A stretch of 60,566 nucleotides of DNA, from positions 1-60,566 of the forward strand of contig CAMOPK010000004.1 of assembly GCA_946622285.1 (NCBI GenBank). The letters are read 5' to 3'. The notes beneath the pieces were generated by a model. It was not told the DNA's origin and searched no databases. It worked only from the letters and a program-made list of their open reading frames with translations. The DNA comes from an uncultured Bacillota bacterium (GTDB lineage: Bacteria > Bacillota_I > Bacilli_A > RF39 > UBA660). Shown here one piece after another: positions 28,106 to 37,549 of the stretch. Made by a program: the position numbers and the translations under genes. Each line of letters begins with the position of its first letter. Position 1 is the first letter of the stretch.

Positions 28106-29327
28106 AATATTTTGTTATACGATCTTTAAATCTAGTTCCTACTTTAGGAAAATTAACCATTGTTGCAGGATTAAACTGTGATGCTTTAGCTTTGGCCCAA
28201 GTAGTGAACATACCTTCAGATAACCCGAAGTGTAAGTGTTGACCATTAGTACATCTATCATATGTTTCAATTGATGGATTTCCACCCATATAACCTATGA
28301 CTGTATTCTTATCAACAATTTGTCCTTTTTCAACTAAAATTTTTCTTAAATGCATATAAATTGAAGTATAGTATTTTCCTTTTATGTTGTGACTTATAAA
28401 TACTACTTGACCACCACAACTCCAGTGATTTGGACTCTTAATTATTCCAACTACTCTACCAGAACCTGCTGAATAAATAGGAACAGCAGAACCATACTGA
28501 CTTAAATCCATTCCTTTATGGAAATCGCATACTTTTTGTCCACGTAACCAATAGCATCTATTACCCCAACCATATGAAATATAAGCAGTTTCTAAAGGCC
28601 TATATAATGCTGTTGATGGTGGCAATAACTTTTGCCCACACACATCAAGATCATCGTCAAGTTTACAACCTAAATCAACATAAAATTGATATGTTTGTTT
28701 TTGTAATTTTACTTCTTCTTCTAAAGTTGGTTCAGCATCTTCAATTTCTCTTAAACCTGCAGATAATTTTGAATATTCCTTTTCAAGTTCGCCTCTTTTA
28801 TTGATAAGATCTTGTTGCCTTTTTTCTAAATCAGCTTTTGCCTTATTATTATCATCAATCATTTGATTATATTTATCAATCAAACTATCATTATATTTTG
28901 AAAGCTGTTCTGCAACGGCAATACGATATATCAAATCAGAAAAGTTTTCTGCACCAAATATATATTCAAGATAAGCATTATTTCCTTTTGTCTTTTGAAC
29001 AAAATTCATTAATCTCTTAATTTCTTCTTTTTTAGCAATTATTTCTTTATCATATTCGGCTATTTCTTTATTTAAAGCTTCAATCTTCTTTAAAATACCA
29101 TCAACTTCAACTAATGTATTGTAAACAGTATTCTTAACATTTTTCATTTCTTGTTCTGTTTCAGCTTGCTTATTTCGATTGTTTTTTAAATTTCTTTCCG
29201 CTTCCTCTACGGCATTTTTAATGTCGCGTAAAGTTTTAGCTTGAACGTTTTCAACTGACACCAAAAAAATTGCCATTGAAAATATAGAAATTATAAATAT
29301 GCTTAATCCTTTTTTTAGTGTTTTCAT
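28104..29327 (-). CDS. Secreted coiled-coil + M23 peptidase (PcsB/EnvC-like murein hydrolase)
   Basis: Signal peptide, PcsB-like coiled coil (YLEYIFGAENFSDLIYR), HKGMD and HLH M23 motifs. Confidence 0.88.
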   Translation of the reverse strand: MKTLKKGLSIFIISIFSMAIFLVSVENVQAKTLRDIKNAVEEAERNLKNNRNKQAETEQEMKNVKNTVYNTLVEVDGILKKIEALNKEIAEYDKEIIAKKEEIKRLMNFVQKTKGNNAYLEYIFGAENFSDLIYRIAVAEQLSKYNDSLIDKYNQMIDDNNKAKADLEKRQQDLINKRGELEKEYSKLSAGLREIEDAEPTLEEEVKLQKQTYQFYVDLGCKLDDDLDVCGQKLLPPSTALYRPLETAYISYGWGNRCYWLRGQKVCDFHKGMDLSQYGSAVPIYSAGSGRVVGIIKSPNHWSCGGQVVFISHNIKGKYYTSIYMHLRKILVEKGQIVDKNTVIGYMGGNPSIETYDRCTNGQHLHFGLSEGMFTTWAKAKASQFNPATMVNFPKVGTRFKDRITKY

Positions 29328-29328
29328 A

Positions 29329-29961
29329 TTACTCCTTTAATCTTTTTCTTATTTCTTTATATCTCGGACAATATTTAGATACCAAATTCCAAAAATCCTT
29401 TGAATGATTAAAAAATACTAAATGTGATAGTTCATGAATTATTACATAATCAATTTCTTCGATTCCATATTTAAATAATTCAGAATTTAAAGTAACTCTT
29501 ATATCTTTTCGATTGCATACTCCCCAACGAGTTTTCATCTTTCTAATTCTTAAACTTGGAAATTTAATTTTTTCTTCGAACAAATCATAATTGTATTTTA
29601 GTCTTGTTTCAAATAATTTTTTTGTTTCTTTTTTTATTAATAAATCGTATTTAGAAATCGAATCAAGATATATCTTCTTATTTTGATAGTCAATTTCTTC
29701 CATATTATTCATAGTAATTATATCATATTTCTCGCCTAGAATTATGTGATTTTTACCGTTTTCTTCTTTTTTACTTATTCTTGCTATATTTTTTCTTAAA
29801 AATTCTTGATTTTGATCAAGCATTTTTAATATTTGCTTATTAGTTACAAAATATGAAGTTGAAACTGAAATTACATTGCCTTTAAATCTAATATATGTAT
29901 TTTTATTAGACTTTCTTGTAATTTCAACTGGATAATCTTTACCATCAAGTACGTAATTCAT
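29329..29961 (-). CDS. YgjP/DUF45 zinc metalloprotease-like protein
   Basis: MKTRWGVC, IDYVIIHELSHL..NHS..FW. Confidence 0.9.
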   Translation of the reverse strand: MNYVLDGKDYPVEITRKSNKNTYIRFKGNVISVSTSYFVTNKQILKMLDQNQEFLRKNIARISKKEENGKNHIILGEKYDIITMNNMEEIDYQNKKIYLDSISKYDLLIKKETKKLFETRLKYNYDLFEEKIKFPSLRIRKMKTRWGVCNRKDIRVTLNSELFKYGIEEIDYVIIHELSHLVFFNHSKDFWNLVSKYCPRYKEIRKRLKE

Positions 29962-30021
29962 ATTACCACCCATATAATTATACTACAAAATAAAAAACAG
30001 ATAAAATCTGTTTTTATGTAA

Positions 30022-30438
30022 TTATTGTCTTAATTTACTTGCTACAAAGTCATAACCTGTTTCAGCTTTATATGCATTTAATAGTTCTTCACGATTACTA
30101 ACAGGAACCACTTCATCAATACCAAGAATTGGTCTTTCATCAACAATATTTCCACTAGCATCATATGATATAGCATGCTTACATGTTTTATATTCTTCTG
30201 GAACTTCTGAATTAAAAAGATGTTTAACTTGTTCAAATTCTACTACTTTACCAACAAATATCATTTTTTCATAATCTGTTTTAAATTCTTCATCAGTAGT
30301 TGAATAAGCAAATCTAAAACCAGTTACTTCTTCTGGATTAGCAATTATTTCTTCTAAATGATCATCACTAGGTTTAAAAGTTCCTTCTGTTAATTTTAAA
30401 AAGTTATTTCTTTGAATTGAAAAATAGTTTAATCTCAT
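30022..30438 (-). CDS. Hypothetical protein
   Basis: RBS GGTGA, own extended -10 and downstream terminator; no motif. Confidence 0.6.
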   Translation of the reverse strand: MRLNYFSIQRNNFLKLTEGTFKPSDDHLEEIIANPEEVTGFRFAYSTTDEEFKTDYEKMIFVGKVVEFEQVKHLFNSEVPEEYKTCKHAISYDASGNIVDERPILGIDEVVPVSNREELLNAYKAETGYDFVASKLRQ

Positions 30439-30495
30439 TTTTATCACCATACTAATTATATCACATATGCATAAATATTAAAACTTTTATTAAAA

Positions 30496-30825
30496 CTATT
30501 CTTCCGGTCTTTTACTTGATAGAAATGTTACTTTCTCAGCAACTAACTCCATAATATGTTGGTTATGATCTTCAGCTTCAATTGTCCTCGTTTGAAGTCT
30601 TCCTTTAATTCCGACTAAATCACCTTTTTTAACATATTCAACTGTATTTTCGGCAACACCTTTCCAAAGAACACATGAAATAAAATCGGTATCATATTCT
30701 CCATTTATGTTTTTATAACTTCTTGGAACTGCTAATGTTAAATTAGTAACTTTATTGCCATTTTCAGTTTGATTAAGTTCAGGATCTCGAACCACTCTTC
30801 CTACAATTACTGATTGATTTAACAT
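30496..30825 (-). CDS. ssb: Single-stranded DNA-binding protein, short SsbB type
   Basis: MLNQSVIVGRVVRDPEL, DFISCVLW, KGDLVGIKGRLQTR; lacks the long linker and acidic tail. Confidence 0.9.
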   Translation of the reverse strand: MLNQSVIVGRVVRDPELNQTENGNKVTNLTLAVPRSYKNINGEYDTDFISCVLWKGVAENTVEYVKKGDLVGIKGRLQTRTIEAEDHNQHIMELVAEKVTFLSSKRPEE

Positions 30826-31000
30826 ATTTTCCTCCTTTCAACGAAATAAAGTTTATCATCTTAAAAACTCTAAAGCAAAAGAAAGAAAAATAGATTCTTT
30901 TTATTCAAAATATCAAAAAAACTTATTCTTTTTATAAAAAATAAGTTTTTTGAATTTAATTTGATCTATTTGTCTTAAAATTATATAAATTTTATTTTTT

Positions 31001-32287
31001 TTAATTCTTTTTTGTTTTTGGAAGAATTAGATTTAATATAATTCCAGATATAGCAGCTAAACTCATTCCTGATATCGAAATATTAATATCACCTGTTTTA
31101 AGTGAAATAACTGCTCCACCAAGACCTAATACTAACATTGTCGATGCAATTATTACATTACGAATATCTTCAAAGTCAATTTGATTTTGAACTAATACTT
31201 TAAGTCCATTTACTGATATAAATCCATATAGAAGTAATGAGATTCCTCCTAATACAGGATCAGGTATTGTAGATAAAATTCCTGTAATTGGTCCAAAGAA
31301 ACTAATTATGATTGCCAATATTGCTGCTAATCCAATTACTTTAACTGATGCTACTTTCGTCATACCAACTACTGAAGTATTTTCGCCATAAGTTGTATTA
31401 GCAGGACCACCAAGTAAACCAGCAACACTTGTTGCAAGACCATCACCTAGTAAAGTTCTTTCTAAACCTGGTTCATTTATCAAATCCTTTTTGATGATTG
31501 TCCCAAGTGCCATATGGTCCCCAATATGTTCTGCTATTGTAACTAGCGCAATCGGTACAATTGTTAAAACCCCTTTTAAACTTAATGCATAATCCTTAAA
31601 TGGAATAACGAATTTTGGTATTGAAAAAACCTTTCCATCTAAAGCAGATTTAATATCTACCATTCCAAGAATAATTGATAAAATATATCCTGTTGCAATA
31701 CCAATTAGGAAAGGAATTACTTTCATAAATCCTTTAGCTTTTGTTGCTGTTATAATGGTTACCATAAATGATACTACTGCAACAAGTAGCGCTTTTTTAG
31801 AAAATACATCACCATTGATTCCAATTGATGATATTGCTGATGGAGCTAAGCCTAAACCAATAACCATTATCATTGGTCCAATAACAATTGGTGGTATCAA
31901 TTTGTTAATCCATTTTTTACCAAATAGTTTAATTAATAATGCAAATAGCATATAAACAACACCAACAAGGAATATTCCCATTCCTACACTTGATGCTCCA
32001 CCTGCTAAATAAGCATATGCAATTGGTGAAACAAATGCAAAGCTTGATCCAAGATAAACTGGTGATTTACCTTTTGTACAGATCAAATAAATGAGTGTTC
32101 CTATTCCACTTGTAAATAGTGCAACTGGAATAGTTAGGACTTCAGCTCCTGCTATTTTGTTAACCCAAATTGGAACTAAAATAGTTGCACCAAACATTGC
32201 CAAAACATGTTGCAGTGCTAAGATGATCATTTTTCCTTTTGGTGGTACTTCATGAACATCATAAAGTAAATAATTGTCTTTTTTCAT
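31001..32287 (-). CDS. uraA: Uracil permease (NCS2; UraA/PyrP)
   Basis: LQHVLAMFGATILVP, YLGSSFAF, AEHIGD, GGPANTTYGEN uracil-type NCS2 signature. Confidence 0.92.
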   Translation of the reverse strand: MKKDNYLLYDVHEVPPKGKMIILALQHVLAMFGATILVPIWVNKIAGAEVLTIPVALFTSGIGTLIYLICTKGKSPVYLGSSFAFVSPIAYAYLAGGASSVGMGIFLVGVVYMLFALLIKLFGKKWINKLIPPIVIGPMIMVIGLGLAPSAISSIGINGDVFSKKALLVAVVSFMVTIITATKAKGFMKVIPFLIGIATGYILSIILGMVDIKSALDGKVFSIPKFVIPFKDYALSLKGVLTIVPIALVTIAEHIGDHMALGTIIKKDLINEPGLERTLLGDGLATSVAGLLGGPANTTYGENTSVVGMTKVASVKVIGLAAILAIIISFFGPITGILSTIPDPVLGGISLLLYGFISVNGLKVLVQNQIDFEDIRNVIIASTMLVLGLGGAVISLKTGDINISISGMSLAAISGIILNLILPKTKKN

Positions 32288-32320
32288 ATATCCTCCCTCT
32301 AACAATTATCATTTAATTAC

Positions 32321-32353
32321 AAAATAAAACACCAATTATAAAAATTGATGTTT
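32321..32353 (-). terminator. Attenuator terminator upstream of the uracil permease
   Basis: AAACATCAATT-TTTAT-AATTGGTGTTT-TATTTT, overlapping the leader stop codon. Confidence 0.7.
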
Positions 32354-32444
32354 ATTTAATAATTAATAAGAATGATAAAACAACGAAAACAACGCTTTTC
32401 TTTAACGAACAAATAGTAATAAATGCGTTATTCATACGTGTCAT
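32352..32444 (-). CDS. Putative 30-aa leader peptide (MTRMNNAFITICSLKKSVVFVVLSFLLIIK)
   Basis: RBS AAGGTGA; directly after a promoter; U-rich codons; stop overlaps the terminator stem. Confidence 0.65.
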   Translation of the reverse strand: MTRMNNAFITICSLKKSVVFVVLSFLLIIK

Positions 32445-32461
32445 ATTTTATCACCTTAATA

Positions 32462-32490
32462 AGAATAGCATACCTACTTTATTTTGGCAA
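32462..32490 (-). promoter_or_regulatory. Sigma-A promoter for leader-uraA
   Basis: TTGCCA-17 nt-TATTCT with extended TG. Confidence 0.65.
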
Positions 32491-32497
32491 GTGATTT

Positions 32498-33808
32498 TTA
32501 AAAATAATTTTTCATTAGTTGATTAAGCTCAACTGCATATTCCATTGGAAGTTCTTCTTTAAATTTTTCTATGAAGCCCATAATTAATAATTCTTTAGCT
32601 TTTTCTTCAGTAATTCCTCTACTCATTAAATAGAATAGTTTTTCTTCACTTATTCTAGAAACAGTCGCTTCATGCTCGATTGTAGAACTAGATGATGCAT
32701 TAATATTTTTAGGTATTGTGTCACTCTTAGATTTTTCATCTAAAATCATTGTGTCACACTTAACAAATGCTTTTGAGTTATTTGCTTTACTACTTATATT
32801 AACTGTTCCTCTATATGTAGCATTTCCACCATTTAAAGCAATTGATTTACTAATAATTGAACTTGTAGTATATGGAGCTAAATGAATCATTTTAGCACCA
32901 GCGTCTTGAATTTGATCAACTGAAGCAACTGCTATTGAAATACAGTTTCCATTGGCAAATGGTCCATTTAAGATACAACTTGGATATTTCATATTGATTC
33001 CAGAACCAACATTTCCATCAATCCATTCCATTGTTCCAGATTCTTCAACTATTGCTCTTTTAGTAACCAAGTTATATACATCTTTCGACCAATTTTGAAT
33101 CGTTGTATAACGACATTTTGCATTTTTCATTACATATATTTCAACAACTGCTGCATGAAGTGAATCACTAGTATAAGTTGGTGCTGTACATCCTTCCATA
33201 TAGTGCAAACTACTATTTTCATCTACAACAATAATTGTTCTTTCAAATTGACCCATATTTTTAGTATTTATTCTGAAATAACTTTGAAGTGGTCGATCAA
33301 TTGTTGTATTAGGCGGAATATAAATAAATGTTCCACCGCTCCATACTGCTCCATTTAAAGCTGTGTATTTATTTTCATCATATTTAACTAAGTTATTAAA
33401 ATACTTTTTAAATAAATCAGGGTATTTCTTTAAAGCTGTATCAGTATCACAAAAGATAACATTTTTTGCTTCTAGTTCTTCAAGCATACTATGATAAATA
33501 ACTTCGCTTTCATATTGAGCCTTAACTCCGTCTAAATATTTCTTTTCGGCATCAATAAGACCTATTTTATTGAATGTATCAGTTATTTCACATGGAAGCT
33601 TATTCCAATCATCTTTAATACCATCAACTACTTTTTTATAGTAATTAATTTTATTAAAATCTATTTTTAATTCCGGTCCGAATGTTGGATTTGAAAGCTC
33701 TAAAAATTTCTTATAAGCATTTATTCTAAAATCTAGCATCCATTTTGGTTCACCTTTAATATGTGATATTTCACGTATTTTTGCTTGTGAAAGACCAAGT
33801 TCTTTCAT
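32498..33808 (-). CDS. sufB: Fe-S cluster assembly protein SufB
   Basis: AQYESEV, GQFERT, HYMEGCTAP, SLHAAVVEI, YNLVTKRA, ELPMEYAVELN. Confidence 0.95.
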   Translation of the reverse strand: MKELGLSQAKIREISHIKGEPKWMLDFRINAYKKFLELSNPTFGPELKIDFNKINYYKKVVDGIKDDWNKLPCEITDTFNKIGLIDAEKKYLDGVKAQYESEVIYHSMLEELEAKNVIFCDTDTALKKYPDLFKKYFNNLVKYDENKYTALNGAVWSGGTFIYIPPNTTIDRPLQSYFRINTKNMGQFERTIIVVDENSSLHYMEGCTAPTYTSDSLHAAVVEIYVMKNAKCRYTTIQNWSKDVYNLVTKRAIVEESGTMEWIDGNVGSGINMKYPSCILNGPFANGNCISIAVASVDQIQDAGAKMIHLAPYTTSSIISKSIALNGGNATYRGTVNISSKANNSKAFVKCDTMILDEKSKSDTIPKNINASSSSTIEHEATVSRISEEKLFYLMSRGITEEKAKELLIMGFIEKFKEELPMEYAVELNQLMKNYF

Positions 33809-33812
33809 ATTA

Positions 33813-34238
33813 TCACTTTCCTAATTCATCTATTATTTTCTTAATTCCCCACCATGGAAGAAGCGCACATTTCTTTCTATTTGGTTGCTTTGCAATATCT
33901 GAATATACAATAGCATCTTCTAATATTTCAGCATCATATTCTTCTTCATTAATCATTTTTTCATAGTTATTATATATTTCAATTGCTTCTTCAATTGTTT
34001 TTCCGATTAAAGTATTTATTAATATTGATGTTGCACTTGTGCAAATTGCGCATGCTTCTCCATCAAAGCGAATATCTTTTATAACATCATTTTCAACTTT
34101 TACCATTAAGTTAATTTCATCAATGCAAGATTCATTATTCATATTAACTTTTATATAACTATCATCATCGATTAGTCCCCTATTAGTAGGATTTTGATAG
34201 TTTTCTAAAATAATTGTTCTTTTTAAGTCTTGATTCAT
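33813..34238 (-). CDS. sufU: SUF system scaffold/sulfur-transfer protein SufU
   Basis: NESCID, GEACAICTSATS, RKKCALLPW. Confidence 0.93.
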   Translation of the reverse strand: MNQDLKRTIILENYQNPTNRGLIDDDSYIKVNMNNESCIDEINLMVKVENDVIKDIRFDGEACAICTSATSILINTLIGKTIEEAIEIYNNYEKMINEEEYDAEILEDAIVYSDIAKQPNRKKCALLPWWGIKKIIDELGK

Positions 34239-34304
34239 ATAAATCACCATGAATAATTATATTATAATTATTGCGTTTAAGCAAGAAATTATAATAAAAA
34301 AGCA

Positions 34305-36104
34305 TTAATGTTTAATGCTTTTTTTCTTTTTCTTTGATAAATTTAATACTCGATATAATAAATAGATAACAGTCAAATAAAGAAGTACTTTAATCATTAT
34401 TAAAAATATGGATTTATTTAATGTTTTTGTTTCTTCATCATAAATGTAACCGACACTTTTAAGGGCTCCAATAGTATTTTTATAAATATTTCCGGCTTCT
34501 TCACTTTTGTTTTCAAAATCATTATAGTTTTGAAAATACGCTTTTATTTCTTCTTTCTGACCTTTTAATACTAAATAATTTAATATATAGCCTTTATTAT
34601 TTAATAAAGCCTCATACAATCCTTTTAAATTATTAACACTATCTGGGATAGTATAAAGTGCTGGAGCAATATCTGGAAGCTTATAATTATGATTTAATTT
34701 TTCATATTCGTAAATTATTTCATATAATTTATTTTCACTATTCTTAGCTCCCATAAACTCAATTCCATATGCTACTCCACTACTATCAAATCCAAGTGGA
34801 ACTGAAACTGCTGGAAGACCTAATACAGGTGCAATTTTATAGCTATTTCCACCACTATTAGATTCGCCTATCCTTAACACTTTTCCTGTATGTGTTGGAT
34901 AAATAAATGCATCAACATTATACTTAGTAATTACATTATTTATAGTTTTTCTAAAATTTGATTTTTGTGTTTCAATAGTATCTATATAGCTTATAGAAAC
35001 ATTACACCTGTTATAGTTTTCCCATAAACTATACGTGTTTGTATTTGCTGAAGCTAAATCATAAAATGTTTTAATTTTACTAGACGTATTTTTGATATAT
35101 TTATTAAATGCATAACACATTGTCCAGCCACCCATAGTACTATTCCCAATATATTCATAGTCACTTGAGTAAACATTATTCAAATGAATTATATTTGCTC
35201 CCGCTTCTTCAAGTTTTTTTACGCTGTTATTAAACATTGTTTTAATTTCATTATAAGTACTACTTGGCATAAATTGGTCAAGCACAACAATATTTTTTCC
35301 ACTTAATGAATTATCTTCAGGAATATTATAGTCTTTTGATGACATGGCATTCATTAAAAGAATATTTTCTTTTACTGTTTTAGTAATTGGTCCTACTGCA
35401 TCACGAGTTATATCATATGCAAATATTCCTTTTGTTTCAATCAAATTAAGCGTTGGTCTAAAACCTATTACATTATTAGCTGCAGCTGGCGCTCTTAGTG
35501 ATGAATTTGTATCTGTTCCAAGCGCAAATGGTGCATATCTAGCTGCTACTGCAACAGCACTACCTCCAGATGAACCATATGATGAATAATCTAAATTATA
35601 AGCATTGTGCACAGTTCCATAGTAACTTACTGAGCTACTTGATGAAAAAGCGAATTCACTCATATTTGATTTAGCAATAACAATCATACCTTTTTCTTTT
35701 AACTTTTTAATGACAGTAGCATCTTCATTTGGGTATGAATCGGATAGCGCTTTTGATCCAACTGTTGTGGGCATGCCATTGACATCAATATTGTCTTTAA
35801 CGATAATTGGCATACACCACAGTATATTTGATCTTCCATTTTTTTTAAATTCTATATCACAATTTTTTGCTTCTTCAATAGCTTTCTCATTAATAGTTAT
35901 TATTGCTTTATATTTTACATCATATGCATCTATGCGATCTAAATAAAGTTTAATTAAAAGTTCATACGTCAAATAACCCTTATCAATTGCTTCTTGAATC
36001 TCATAAACATCCATAGTAGTAATATCAATTGGTGCTTCATTGTAAGCTTTAATATTTGAAATAAAAAATATTAAAAAAACTAGAATTATTTTTATTTTCT
36101 TCAT
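34305..36104 (-). CDS. Amidase-signature family enzyme, secreted with C-terminal membrane anchor
   Basis: Signal peptide; PIIVKDN, GSSGGSAVAVA, LGTDTNSSLRAPA; C-terminal TM followed by KKKKK. Confidence 0.85.
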   Translation of the reverse strand: MKKIKIILVFLIFFISNIKAYNEAPIDITTMDVYEIQEAIDKGYLTYELLIKLYLDRIDAYDVKYKAIITINEKAIEEAKNCDIEFKKNGRSNILWCMPIIVKDNIDVNGMPTTVGSKALSDSYPNEDATVIKKLKEKGMIVIAKSNMSEFAFSSSSSVSYYGTVHNAYNLDYSSYGSSGGSAVAVAARYAPFALGTDTNSSLRAPAAANNVIGFRPTLNLIETKGIFAYDITRDAVGPITKTVKENILLMNAMSSKDYNIPEDNSLSGKNIVVLDQFMPSSTYNEIKTMFNNSVKKLEEAGANIIHLNNVYSSDYEYIGNSTMGGWTMCYAFNKYIKNTSSKIKTFYDLASANTNTYSLWENYNRCNVSISYIDTIETQKSNFRKTINNVITKYNVDAFIYPTHTGKVLRIGESNSGGNSYKIAPVLGLPAVSVPLGFDSSGVAYGIEFMGAKNSENKLYEIIYEYEKLNHNYKLPDIAPALYTIPDSVNNLKGLYEALLNNKGYILNYLVLKGQKEEIKAYFQNYNDFENKSEEAGNIYKNTIGALKSVGYIYDEETKTLNKSIFLIMIKVLLYLTVIYLLYRVLNLSKKKKKSIKH

Positions 36105-36217
36105 TATTTCACCATATTAATAATAACATGAATTTTAATTTTTTAAAATATGTTTTAATTTATACAAAAATACAAAATACTAAAATATATGTGTTATAAT
36201 TATTTTGAGGTGTAAAA

Positions 36218-37549
36218 ATGAAAATATTTACAATTTTAGTAGCCAAAATAATTATATTAATTGGAAAAATATTAAAGCGTGGTTCTGTTCTACCTGGAAA
36301 TATTGCTCTTAGAATAGACAAAAACATTCTTTCTAAATTAGAAATGCCAAAAATAGTTATTGCTGTTACTGGTTCTTCTGGAAAAGGAAGTACAACATCA
36401 CTTATTGCAAACTCACTTCGTGATTTAAATTATAAAGTAACTCATAATATTTCTGGTTCAAATTTGAATACAGGAATTTTAACTACAATATTAGAAGATA
36501 CAACAATTACAGGTAAAGTTAAAACTGATGCTGTTGTTGTAGAATGTGATGAGAGATTTGCAAAATTTGTCTTTCCAGCAATTAAACCAGCTTTCGTTGT
36601 TGTAACAAATATTACACGTGATCAACCGCCAAGACAAGGCAACTTTGATATCGTTTATAATGAAATTAAAAAAGCAATTACTAACGATATGACATTAGTA
36701 CTTAATGCTGATGATCCATATTTGCAAAAGTTTGCGCTTAGTTTTGATAAAATAGTTTACTATTCTGTTGATAAAAATGAATATTCAAGCAAAGAACAAT
36801 TATTTCAAAACCTTAATTTAATATATTGTCCACGTTGCAATACTAAATTAGATTATAAATATTTACATTTTGAAAACATTGGATATTATGAATGTAAAAA
36901 TTGCCATTTAAAACATCCAGATAGTAAATTTGAAGTAACAGATATTAATTATAATGAATGTGAAATAAAAATTAATAAAAATAATGTTAAAATACCTTTT
37001 CCTATGTTATTTGCAATATACAATACTTTAGCTGCCTATAGTGTTTTATCACTTATAGGTATCGATGAAAATAAAGTAACAGAACTTATAAATAACAATA
37101 CTAAACCTAATGTAAAACAATATAATGCTATAAATTGGGATAATAGAACTGTCTATGTTTTAAATAACAAGAACGAAAATAGTACGACATTTAATCATTC
37201 TCTATTATTGTTAGATCGAGATAAAGATGCTAAAACTGTAATTATTGGATGGAAAGAAATAAGCCGTAGATATAAATTTAATGATCTATCTTGGCTTTAT
37301 GATATTGATTTTGAAATATTAAATAGGCATAAAATTGAAAATCTTGTTTGCGTTGGTGTGCAAAGATATGACATCGCAACTAGATTAAAAATTGCTGATT
37401 TAGATATTAATAAAATAAAATGTTTTGAAACTTTGGAAGAAGCAACAAAATTCTTAAAATGTTCAACTAAAGAAAATATATATGCAATATTAAATTTTGA
37501 TTATGTTGATCCATTTACAAAATTGATTAAGGAGGAAGAAAATGATTAA
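36218..37549 (+). CDS. murT: Lipid II isoglutaminyl synthase subunit MurT
   Basis: VTGSSGKGSTT, TNITRDQ, LNADDP, CPRC..CKNC zinc finger, DLSWLYDIDFE (DUF1727); followed by gatD. Confidence 0.9.
   Translation: MKIFTILVAKIIILIGKILKRGSVLPGNIALRIDKNILSKLEMPKIVIAVTGSSGKGSTTSLIANSLRDLNYKVTHNISGSNLNTGILTTILEDTTITGKVKTDAVVVECDERFAKFVFPAIKPAFVVVTNITRDQPPRQGNFDIVYNEIKKAITNDMTLVLNADDPYLQKFALSFDKIVYYSVDKNEYSSKEQLFQNLNLIYCPRCNTKLDYKYLHFENIGYYECKNCHLKHPDSKFEVTDINYNECEIKINKNNVKIPFPMLFAIYNTLAAYSVLSLIGIDENKVTELINNNTKPNVKQYNAINWDNRTVYVLNNKNENSTTFNHSLLLLDRDKDAKTVIIGWKEISRRYKFNDLSWLYDIDFEILNRHKIENLVCVGVQRYDIATRLKIADLDINKIKCFETLEEATKFLKCSTKENIYAILNFDYVDPFTKLIKEEEND

Noticed and set aside
30826-31000. ComK boxes or ncRNA upstream of ssbB
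   Set aside because: Only AT-rich inverted repeats, consistent with a terminator, plus an ordinary promoter; no convincing motif.
32288-32460. PyrR-binding attenuator upstream of uraA (and upp)
   Set aside because: No PyrR consensus loop is visible in either leader.
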